DNA of 64,000 bases, from IMG/VR virus record IMGVR_UViG_3300023084_000003. One strand, written 5' to 3'. The notes under the pieces were generated by a model. That model did no database searches. It was not told where the DNA came from and worked only from the letters and a program-made list of their open reading frames with translations. The DNA comes from a virus. The translations under genes were made by a program, and so were the position numbers. Shown here in pieces: positions 55,272 through 64,000 of this stretch (position 1 is the first letter of the stretch; every line of letters begins with the position of its first letter).

Positions 55272-58200
55272 TAGACTTTCACCTCCACTATTCCATTTTC
55301 ACTATTGCTCAATGCGATACCAATGATTTCATGACTATTTATACCGGGCGTGCCGTATGGAACTCCCTTACACTTACCAACAGCTTCTGGATCTGGAATC
55401 AACCACATACCTTTTTTAACATCACCAGATACGAATGCTGGAATACGACCTTTTAGAGCAATAAATGGATTCATTTTAGCTTTTTTAGATTTGTCATTTT
55501 CAATGCCCATATCGTTCATTCTAACGCCAGGTTCTGTAGATATAACACCAACCATTGGTAAACCTTCGCGCCATACTGTAATTTCAGCATCACCATCTAG
55601 ATCAATACCCATTAGAGTGCCTGGCTCATAGATATCATCTGCAGAATATCTTTCCGCAAGGTCAGCCCAGCGAGCGCTTGTTGCAGTACCATTATAAACA
55701 CCATCATTATCAACGTGAGCTTTATCACTTCCATCTCTACGGAACTGACAAATACGGTTTGAGTTACCACCGCCAACAATATAGAAACGATCTGAGTGAT
55801 ATTCAATCTTACCTCTATCGTTACCTGGATCTCCTGTCCATTGAACGTCAGGTTCGTTGAAACGCATGCCTGGAGAATATCCATCTCTGTGAGTCATGCG
55901 GAACATCCATTCTCCGCCTGAGTTTAAGAAACCTTGCCACAACGAATCACTAGAACTATCACCTTCACCATGAATCCAGAAACGACTTCTACCGTCAAAT
56001 GTAGCCAAACCACGAAGGTTCATTGCGCTGTCATTATTGTTACCAGTCATTCTCCATTCTTGGGAATTCGTAGCATAGAAGTCTGTACCATTAGCGTCAT
56101 TGCGCAAGCCGCGGCCGTCACTATCGTTCCGATACCAACCGTCGTTATCAATATTACCTCTAATATCAAGGCTGTTCATGCGTGATGTGCCGGCTGGGTT
56201 CGTATAATAGAAAGTGTTGTTTCTATCATAGAAAATCGGTGCACGCATCGAAGTGTAGGATTGGCTGTTCCCGCTGTTATCTACATAGAAACGTGTAGAT
56301 TGGGCGTCTTCGTCCCAAACCACAAACACGTTTTCATCTGCAGCACCACCAACCATAACGCCGTCATCGGTAATTTTAATAAAACCAACATCAGAACTAT
56401 ATCCAGTTTGAAGAATAAGACCATATCCATCTAGGCCGTAGTTGTAAACTGTTGAGTTTGTGTTTGGAGTTCCTCGTGTAGTTCTGTCACCGTAGAAAAT
56501 ATAACCTTCGTAAGTGTAACTCCCGCCAGTATCAACAAACGATATTTTTCCATTTAATGATAATTCATTTAGCTTTGTAGTACTTGCTGGATCTGCATAG
56601 TAGCCTGAATCATTTCTATCATAGTAAATGTCGCCGTAGACAGAGCCACGAAGATATGAAGTACCATTGATATCGAGAGTATAAGCAGGACCAGATGTCG
56701 TAGATCCACCAAAGCCAGAGCTTATTCTTCTTGCTACTGTAAGATCACCGTTTGTTGTAAGTGACATAGCACCTTGAGCTGTAGTATGACCCGTGTCACC
56801 CCACCAGAAACCACGATCATCCTCATCATTGAACTGGAATGTCATAGCCCAGTCATTCAGAGCACCAAACGTAACATCTGATTGCATACCAATGGCATAA
56901 GATGAGCTACTATAAACACGAATTTTATCACGAGTAGAGTTTGCAGGACCAACAAGCCTGTCGAAATCCATTGTGGAAATATTTGAATTTCCGTTCGGAT
57001 TTATATAGTAATTAGTGTCGTTACTATCATAGAAGATAGGTGCACGGTAGTCACTAGAAGCTTGTCCAGTACCTCTAATATAAGAACCGATTTGTTCCCA
57101 ACCATTAACAGAACCAGCTTCACAAGTACGCATCCATGCTGAGCCAACTGATCCCGTGTAGTTAGATCTTGGATATGCTACTTCTAACCAGTAATCAGAG
57201 CTACCATAGTTCAATCCGTATTCTTGTCCAAGAGATGTTCTTACACGATACCACTGACTTGAACCTGTGTTAGGCGCGTTTGTATTACCTTGTACATAAC
57301 TCCAACCCCAGTGATTAACTGCAGCATTAAAGTCAGTATATGTGTTGTGATTGTACCATTGACCAAACTGACCAACTGCAGAAACACCTTGTGTAGCAGA
57401 TCCTCCAGACCCAGTAACACTATTAAAGCGAAGAACATTTAATCTTGTAGTACCAGCAAAGTCGCCGTAATAGTTCGTATCATTTTTATCATAGTAGATA
57501 GGAATATATGCAGCCCCTGTTGCATAAACTCTACCATTAGAACCATCTAGACCAACTCTTGCATCACCATCTGCTGCAACGTATAGACCCCATCCACCAA
57601 GAACACTATTGATACCATCGTAATTGGCATTCGGGTGTGAATAACCAATACCGTACATATTTTCCAAGTTACCATCGGTTGGGTTGTAGTTCGAACCGAT
57701 TGTGTAAATTGGGTTTGTTTTGGTTGAGTTGGCGCCGATATTATTATATGAACCAACTAGGTGGCCTCGAGAGTGGCCTGGTCTATAGCGATAATCAACG
57801 TTAGTACCGTTCATTCTAGACGTAGAGTTACCATCAAAGAAGTAACTGGTATTACTCTGATCGTAGAATACAGTACCTCGTACATCGCCTTGAGCAGTAA
57901 TATTACCGAAGTAAGATCTCATGTTGTATGGACTACCGCCAGCAACTGAACCTAGCGTTCCACGGAAACCTTGACCTGAAAGAATTGTATTTGTAGAATC
58001 TGCTGGACTACCTGGCTCAACTTTTGTGCTGCCGTCATTAGTAGTAATACCATCCTGGCGAATCCATCTCCACCATAACTGCGAATCCCAAGTACAGCCA
58101 TTCATTCTCAACCATAGATATCTATTGTTGTCAATTCTAACTTCTGGAGTAATACTATCGTTTGGATAATTTGTCTGATGGCCGACTGACATTGTCGAGT

Positions 58201-61200
58201 TGTTCCAAGAAGAAACAACCACAGTACCTTTTACAAAGCCTGAATAGTTTACATCATCCTTTGCGTAATATTCAAGAATACCTTTCGCCCCGCCGGTGTT
58301 TGTACGGCCAACGCGGATCCAATAATAACGAGTTCCATTGGTTGAGTCATAAACATATGTACTTGTGTTATACCACCTACCGGTCCAAGGTTGGTTTTGC
58401 GAATAACCACCAACTGTTAAACCGTTAAGGTTAGATGTGCCTGCCGGATCAACATAATATGAGGTATTATCATTATCATACATGCTGTCAGCAAACAAGA
58501 TGTTCTCAACGCGTACGTTATCGTCGCCTTTACCTACTGAGAAGATCTCAGATCCACCGCCGGCGTCTCTTCTTGAGTCATTGTAGAATCGTGTACCACC
58601 GTATGATTTGTTAGCTCCGATTTGAATACCAGTATGCCAGTTCAAGCGAAGCTTAGAGTAATCACCACCGTAATTCTCCTTATCAACATAGATCATGTAG
58701 TAAGGTTGGCTATCGGATCTCTGACCCCATGAAATGCCTGTTACACCCCCGTCAGCTTGAGACGGATCTGATGTAGAATCCCAAAGATTGAGGTGACGAC
58801 CTGGACCAGTAGAGCTACCGTCTCTAAGTAGGAACCCACCGCCGAGCTCTTCGTATCTGTCAGAACGGAAAGCATCTGCCGCCTGGACTGTGTTTAGATT
58901 AGATGTACTTGCCGGATCAAGATAGTAATTTGTATCATTTGTGTCGTAGAATATTGGAGCTCTAACAGATGCGTTATGATAGAACTGAGCAGAATCCATC
59001 TCGCCCATAAGAGTTCTACCATAGTGCATAAATCTTAGTTTACCGCCACTTGCTCCTGATGTAGTTTTATTACCAGAAATACCGGCGTATTCACGGTATG
59101 TGCCACCATTATCTTTTAATCTAAAGTAAAAACCTGCACCAACAGAAGAACTACTATTATCATGGTTTGCACGAGCCAAACGAAGAACGCCATAATCTAC
59201 TGAGTTGCTATTTGTTCCAGTATCTTGAATCATATCAAATGTTACCGGCCCTCCAGTAGTTTGAGAGCGGAAATTGGCCGTACTGGTGCCGGTATTGAAA
59301 TACAAGGAGTTGCTGCTGTACAACCTAATGTTAGACATTCTCGATTCGCTAGCAAAGTTGCCATAATATGAAGTATTATTTGAATCGTAATAGATCGGAG
59401 ATCTCATATTGGATGATGCATAAGCCTCACCGCCAACATGGAAAGTATATGAGGGGCTTGTGGCATTAATACCAACTCTACCATTGTACATCCATGTCAT
59501 AAGCTCGGTGCCGCTAGAAGTAAAGTCAGCACCAAACAAACTGCCACTATTAAATCTCAGGAACATGTTACCAGTAAATTTGTCATCCATACCAAACATG
59601 AATGATGAGTCGCCAGTACTGCTTCCTCCAGTTAGATCGCTGAATTCAATGCCAACGTCACCGTTGTAATTCATAAATCTCATGCGGCCTTCGTTGTTGG
59701 CATCACCCAACATATCCATCCAAACTTCTGTGCCGTTGTTATCAAGCCTAACTCTACCAGCAAGGCGCATTGCCTCACCGGTGCTGTTTGGATTTATATA
59801 ATAAGATGTGTTATTAATATCATAGAAGATAGGAGCGCGCATATCGCCTCTGGCTTGCAGAGAACCACCATTTGTTGCTCTAAATTGATACTGCTGAGCT
59901 CCACCAGTAGTTGCAGTAAACTGTAGATTACCGCCTGAGTTTGTAGTTAGATCATCTGGCGATTCATAAATTCTCCAGTCAGTACCACCTTTCCAACGAA
60001 TACCTTCGTTAGGACCCGGATCATTAAACGCTATATCGTTCAGGTTATCAATGGTACCATTATTCCAGTTCCATGAACCTTCAACACTACCGCCAGTAGC
60101 TGGGTTCATGTATCTTGCAGTATTATCACGATCACGGAAGTTGCTTGCATCAACAGTATTCATCTTAGATGTTGAAGCAGGATTTACATAAAAGTTATTG
60201 TCATTGCTGTCATAGAAGATAGGCGCATAAAGGTTACCTGAGAATCTTGCTTCTTGGGCATCGATGTTTGAAAGATAGTTTGTACGTCTTACAATCGGAG
60301 GACCAAATTCGCGAACAGCACCAGAACCTGCATAGTTCATCAATACGATAACACGAATATATTTACATCCACCGCCGTCAGAACCGTTAAATGGTGAATG
60401 CGACGTTGGAATTGTATGATGGGCTTTATATGTAGTCCAACCCGTGCTTGTTACATTTGCAGCAGAAGCTACAAAATATGTGATACCATCGTTACCTGCA
60501 ATAGGGTTCTTATCTTTATCGTATCTACGTACACCCATATAAAGATAACGAGTACCACCAGAGTCAGAACCACTTACAAGTCTAGCCGAGATCTCACCGT
60601 AGATCTCCATGCCAGGCTCAACTGCGATATAGTCAGAGTCGAATGTTCTGTAACCACTTGTTCTTAGAGCATATGAAGCCTCAAAAGGACCGTCATTATT
60701 TTTGACGAAATCAGCAGTTGAAGTTGTAGCAGAGTCTTCTGCTCCTTGCATAACCTGAATAACACGTTTTTCCCAATATTCAGTACCGTCGAATATAACA
60801 GTATCGGCTTTACCGGAACCATATGCTTTAATAAGGCTAAGATCTTCATTACCGCCGTTAAGAGCAATGTTAGCAAAACGGCCAGTACCGTATGCTTGGA
60901 AATCACCATTTTCTTCAAACCAGAATCTATCACCGATAGAATTAAAGTGAACAATAAAGTTCGAACGATTGTTTCTGTCGTCATGGACCAACCAAGGATA
61001 GTTAGCATCAGCTGCACTATTTTTAAACGCAGCCAAATAACGGTTAGCGTGATGGATCTTAAATGGATACGTGCTGTCAGTAGAAATTCTAGCTTGGTCA
61101 CCAACCGAGATAGACTTCATTCTAGAGTCTGATGCAAAGTCTCCCCAGTATGCAGTGTCTGCGCTATCATAGTAGATAGGAGCACGCATTTGGTTATTAG

Positions 61201-64000
61201 CAAGTAGATAACCATTTCCGGTTTCAGCTTGCTTTGTACCGTTGTACATAATTTCTGTTTGAGCATTATCATACCAACGAGTCATCCACTCATTGCGAGT
61301 ATCGTTGTAGATACCAGCATTCACGTTTCCATCTGACATGAATACCCAATCATCTTGGATAGCATAACCTGCCCATCCACCTTTAGCGCCACCAACTCTA
61401 ATAGAGCCGTAGTCACCAGAAGGTGAATCTATAATGTATGTAGAGCCATCAATTTGATACTGATTAGCTCTTTGTACGTTGTGAAGAGATGTGCCGGCTT
61501 GATCAGTATAATATGCAGTATTGTTTCTATCGTAGTATCTTGTAGCATATGCTTCGTTTTGTACATATAATCTACCACGGTTATCAGTACCTCTGAGGTT
61601 ACCAACATACCAAGCACCCGTAGAACTAACACCACCATTATATTGAAGAGCTCCAGTAGAAGCAGTTGTATAGAAACCAATACCGGAATCTTCGTTTGTT
61701 TTACCAGTACCAGTACGGAAGTCTTCTGCTGTAATCATTGCTACAGTATCAGCATCTGTACCACTAATACCTGACGCACTTACCCCTGAAGCACCAGTTA
61801 CTTTAAACTGAAGTTGACCATACATGTCGCCCGGTGAAGTAGCGTTACTTGGAGCAGAATTAATTTCCAACTTAGTTGGAGTATTTGCGCCGGCAGCATT
61901 AGCTGTTCCGCCTGTAACTTGGAATGTTTGATGAGAGTATGTTCTACCTGAAGCAATTTGAATTCTGTTACCGGCGCTTCCAGCTCTACGAAGATTTAAG
62001 TCTTCATTATAACTATGAACTTCACCAGTGTCAACAGTAATTCCTTTATTAAAATAGAATTTATCACGGTCTGTTTGAATATGAGCCCACGACGTGTTCA
62101 TCGGACCGAAGTCAATGTAACCGGAAGGAGTACTCAGCCTCCAACCATTTGCTACACCCTGAGGTTCAAACGTGTAAGAAGTGTTTGCTCTGTCAACAAG
62201 CTTATGAGTACGAAGTTCATTGATAACATCAACATAAGTTGTATAGATGTTCATCTCTTCGTTGCCACCTGCAGAGAAACCAATTGTATCTGCTGCTTTG
62301 CGATACATACCTGTGTTTGTATCAGATACAAATGAGTATGTTGGTGAACCTAGTTGACCGTTTCCGCCAAGAACTTCACCTGCAATTTTAAGAGCAACAT
62401 CTGTATTAGCAGGATCTAGATAGTAAGTCGTGTCGTCCTTATCTACGAATCTTGTTGCTTCGATGTCATTATTAGCTTGGAACTTAACGCTGTTACTTAC
62501 TTTAAGGTAAGAAGCATTGTCCATATACAAACCGCTTCCAGAACCGAACGCAAGTTCATCTTGTGTCAATATAGTTGAATTAGAAGTTCCAACCACAAAG
62601 CCATCGGCCGCACCATTAACTATAACCGAGCCATCTACGTGTAATTTGTTACCATTGACTGCACCAGTTACGAGTGTAGCATTATCATGAGAAGCATTTG
62701 TAGCGCTATCGTTATTGACAATTACGTCACCGCTGTTTAGAATTGCAAACTTACCACTTGCTCCACTATCATAGAAATACCAATCTTTATCTTGATCACT
62801 GATAAAGTAAGCATGTTGTTGAGAACTACCACGAATACTGAAATCTACTTGTGCAGCTTCTCCAAAGTTAATTAATCTGTTAGCATCTGCAAATGGATTG
62901 CTACCCATTTGGCCTGTTGTTCTTACAGATAGTCTTGCTGCTGGAGCATTATCACCAATACCAACGTTACCTCTGGTTGCGCTAGCAAGAGATATATTTA
63001 AGTTGCTTGTTGCCTTCGTGGAAAGAGAACCTAAAGACAACATATCGTCGTCAGCTAACATGTAGCCAGTAGCGAACGATCCGCCTTGATCTAGAATAAT
63101 ACCAATGCGCTGATCGGTAGATGTAAGTCTAATATAATCACTAGTTCCGGTGTTTACTTCAAACTGATATATGTGAGAATTAGTGCCGATACCAACGTGA
63201 CCGTCATCGTTAATGTTAACAGCCTCAATGCCATTAGAGTAAATGCTGAAATTATCAGGTGCACTCCATCCCAAATAACTATTAGTATCTCCATTGTGGA
63301 AAAGATAATCATCTAATCCTAATGAATGAAATACTGAGTCGTCAGCAGGATTTGCATAATAAGTAGTGTTGTCTCTGTCATAGAAGTAAGATGCTCTAAT
63401 ACCACCGGATGGTGTAACATCTACATAAGTATTTCTTACATCTAATCTTAGTGCTCCGTTTGTTGAAATGCCAACTCTGTCTGCGCCTGGAGTGTACAAG
63501 CCGGTATTTGTATCAGATCCAAATGAATACGTTGGAAGAGCTGCAGTTCCGCTAGCACCTCTTGCTTGCCCAGCAAAAGATAATGAAACTCCAGTATCAC
63601 CGAAGTTTGCATAATAAGAATTATTATCAGAGTCATAATAAGCAGGAGCATAAACATTTTGAGTAAAGTCCGCAGAATCGCTATCAATATTTACTCGCTC
63701 GCCGCCACCTGTATAGATTTTAAATACGTTATCCGCTGAGAAACCAAAGTATGATGTTGTATTACCACGATGACGAATAAAATCATCTAAGTCGATACGT
63801 TGCATCTCAGATATACCGGCAGGATTTGTAAAGTATGCAGTATCATTTGCATCTACAAATCTTGGAGCAACTAGATCTGTGCCAACAGTAACTGCAGAAG
63901 CAGTCGTCGTGAATACAGTGTTACCACCTGCCGTTAGAGTAATTTGGTTATCGGTAAATTCTAGATAGGTGTCTGTATCACCATTGTGAAGCAATCTATC
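55271..64000 (-). CDS. Giant repeat-containing tail fibre (more than 2907 aa, 5' end outside window) with C-terminal ADLAE autocleavage/chaperone-like domain
   Basis: Frame stays open to the window edge; about 18 xP(I)xYDxxNTxYYxxP repeats; VGIG/GINATSP fibre motifs; TATSARWADLAERY. Confidence 0.85.
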   Translation of the reverse strand, partial: DRLLHNGDTDTYLEFTDNQITLTAGGNTVFTTTASAVTVGTDLVAPRFVDANDTAYFTNPAGISEMQRIDLDDFIRHRGNTTSYFGFSADNVFKIYTGGGERVNIDSDSADFTQNVYAPAYYDSDNNSYYANFGDTGVSLSFAGQARGASGTAALPTYSFGSDTNTGLYTPGADRVGISTNGALRLDVRNTYVDVTPSGGIRASYFYDRDNTTYYANPADDSVFHSLGLDDYLFHNGDTNSYLGWSAPDNFSIYSNGIEAVNINDDGHVGIGTNSHIYQFEVNTGTSDYIRLTSTDQRIGIILDQGGSFATGYMLADDDMLSLGSLSTKATSNLNISLASATRGNVGIGDNAPAARLSVRTTGQMGSNPFADANRLINFGEAAQVDFSIRGSSQQHAYFISDQDKDWYFYDSGASGKFAILNSGDVIVNNDSATNASHDNATLVTGAVNGNKLHVDGSVIVNGAADGFVVGTSNSTILTQDELAFGSGSGLYMDNASYLKVSNSVKFQANNDIEATRFVDKDDTTYYLDPANTDVALKIAGEVLGGNGQLGSPTYSFVSDTNTGMYRKAADTIGFSAGGNEEMNIYTTYVDVINELRTHKLVDRANTSYTFEPQGVANGWRLSTPSGYIDFGPMNTSWAHIQTDRDKFYFNKGITVDTGEVHSYNEDLNLRRAGSAGNRIQIASGRTYSHQTFQVTGGTANAAGANTPTKLEINSAPSNATSPGDMYGQLQFKVTGASGVSASGISGTDADTVAMITAEDFRTGTGKTNEDSGIGFYTTASTGALQYNGGVSSTGAWYVGNLRGTDNRGRLYVQNEAYATRYYDRNNTAYYTDQAGTSLHNVQRANQYQIDGSTYIIDSPSGDYGSIRVGGAKGGWAGYAIQDDWVFMSDGNVNAGIYNDTRNEWMTRWYDNAQTEIMYNGTKQAETGNGYLLANNQMRAPIYYDSADTAYWGDFASDSRMKSISVGDQARISTDSTYPFKIHHANRYLAAFKNSAADANYPWLVHDDRNNRSNFIVHFNSIGDRFWFEENGDFQAYGTGRFANIALNGGNEDLSLIKAYGSGKADTVIFDGTEYWEKRVIQVMQGAEDSATTSTADFVKNNDGPFEASYALRTSGYRTFDSDYIAVEPGMEIYGEISARLVSGSDSGGTRYLYMGVRRYDKDKNPIAGNDGITYFVASAANVTSTGWTTYKAHHTIPTSHSPFNGSDGGGCKYIRVIVLMNYAGSGAVREFGPPIVRRTNYLSNIDAQEARFSGNLYAPIFYDSNDNNFYVNPASTSKMNTVDASNFRDRDNTARYMNPATGGSVEGSWNWNNGTIDNLNDIAFNDPGPNEGIRWKGGTDWRIYESPDDLTTNSGGNLQFTATTGGAQQYQFRATNGGSLQARGDMRAPIFYDINNTSYYINPNSTGEAMRLAGRVRLDNNGTEVWMDMLGDANNEGRMRFMNYNGDVGIEFSDLTGGSSTGDSSFMFGMDDKFTGNMFLRFNSGSLFGADFTSSGTELMTWMYNGRVGINATSPSYTFHVGGEAYASSNMRSPIYYDSNNTSYYGNFASESRMSNIRLYSSNSLYFNTGTSTANFRSQTTGGPVTFDMIQDTGTNSNSVDYGVLRLARANHDNSSSSVGAGFYFRLKDNGGTYREYAGISGNKTTSGASGGKLRFMHYGRTLMGEMDSAQFYHNASVRAPIFYDTNDTNYYLDPASTSNLNTVQAADAFRSDRYEELGGGFLLRDGSSTGPGRHLNLWDSTSDPSQADGGVTGISWGQRSDSQPYYMIYVDKENYGGDYSKLRLNWHTGIQIGANKSYGGTRFYNDSRRDAGGGSEIFSVGKGDDNVRVENILFADSMYDNDNTSYYVDPAGTSNLNGLTVGGYSQNQPWTGRWYNTSTYVYDSTNGTRYYWIRVGRTNTGGAKGILEYYAKDDVNYSGFVKGTVVVSSWNNSTMSVGHQTNYPNDSITPEVRIDNNRYLWLRMNGCTWDSQLWWRWIRQDGITTNDGSTKVEPGSPADSTNTILSGQGFRGTLGSVAGGSPYNMRSYFGNITAQGDVRGTVFYDQSNTSYFFDGNSTSRMNGTNVDYRYRPGHSRGHLVGSYNNIGANSTKTNPIYTIGSNYNPTDGNLENMYGIGYSHPNANYDGINSVLGGWGLYVAADGDARVGLDGSNGRVYATGAAYIPIYYDKNDTNYYGDFAGTTRLNVLRFNSVTGSGGSATQGVSAVGQFGQWYNHNTYTDFNAAVNHWGWSYVQGNTNAPNTGSSQWYRVRTSLGQEYGLNYGSSDYWLEVAYPRSNYTGSVGSAWMRTCEAGSVNGWEQIGSYIRGTGQASSDYRAPIFYDSNDTNYYINPNGNSNISTMDFDRLVGPANSTRDKIRVYSSSSYAIGMQSDVTFGALNDWAMTFQFNDEDDRGFWWGDTGHTTAQGAMSLTTNGDLTVARRISSGFGGSTTSGPAYTLDINGTSYLRGSVYGDIYYDRNDSGYYADPASTTKLNELSLNGKISFVDTGGSYTYEGYIFYGDRTTRGTPNTNSTVYNYGLDGYGLILQTGYSSDVGFIKITDDGVMVGGAADENVFVVWDEDAQSTRFYVDNSGNSQSYTSMRAPIFYDRNNTFYYTNPAGTSRMNSLDIRGNIDNDGWYRNDSDGRGLRNDANGTDFYATNSQEWRMTGNNNDSAMNLRGLATFDGRSRFWIHGEGDSSSDSLWQGFLNSGGEWMFRMTHRDGYSPGMRFNEPDVQWTGDPGNDRGKIEYHSDRFYIVGGGNSNRICQFRRDGSDKAHVDNDGVYNGTATSARWADLAERYSADDIYEPGTLMGIDLDGDAEITVWREGLPMVGVISTEPGVRMNDMGIENDKSKKAKMNPFIALKGRIPAFVSGDVKKGMWLIPDPEAVGKCKGVPYGTPGINSHEIIGIALSNSENGIVEVKV
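55336..55343 (-). promoter_or_regulatory. Putative T4-type late promoter inside the 3' end of the giant fibre gene
   Basis: Exact TATAAATA about 65 nt upstream of ATG 55271. Confidence 0.55.

Noticed and set aside
1-64000. tRNA, rRNA, integrase or transposase genes
   Set aside because: Intergenic gaps are short and explained by promoters and terminators; no cloverleaf or recombinase motifs seen by eye. tRNAscan was not run.

Overview
A 64-kb segment of a large lytic T4-like myovirus genome. A heterotrophic, probably aquatic host is inferred from sigma70-type early promoters, PhoH and the absence of photosynthesis genes. Bases 1-18.4 kb (+ strand) are early, middle and accessory genes: glycosyltransferase, RNase H, HAD nucleotidase, PhoH, PAAR, a collagen-like fibre, a propeller-repeat protein, a Cas4-like exonuclease, small ORFs behind repeated sigma70 promoters, DUF932, a kinase/DUF2061/nucleotidyltransferase triad and DsbA. 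Bases 18.5-64 kb (- strand) are late genes: gp23, gp22, gp21, gp20, gp19, gp18, gp17, gp16, gp15, gp14, gp13, a gp38-like adhesin, two long fibres and a sugar-nucleotide/glycan module. The most striking region is a 12-kb enzyme cluster at 43.1-55.3 kb. It holds four SPASM-type radical SAM enzymes, one B12-binding radical SAM enzyme, four 2OG-Fe(II)/cupin oxygenases and four unknown proteins. Its first gene encodes a 191-aa protein ending in (C-H-x-S)3-R-G-R-R, with a T4 late-promoter octamer just upstream. This looks like a phage-encoded RiPP-like post-translational modification system, possibly acting on a virion protein; that role is inference. No tRNA, rRNA, CRISPR array, integrase, transposase, intron or intein was recognised. 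All family assignments come from motif recognition by eye; no database search was run.
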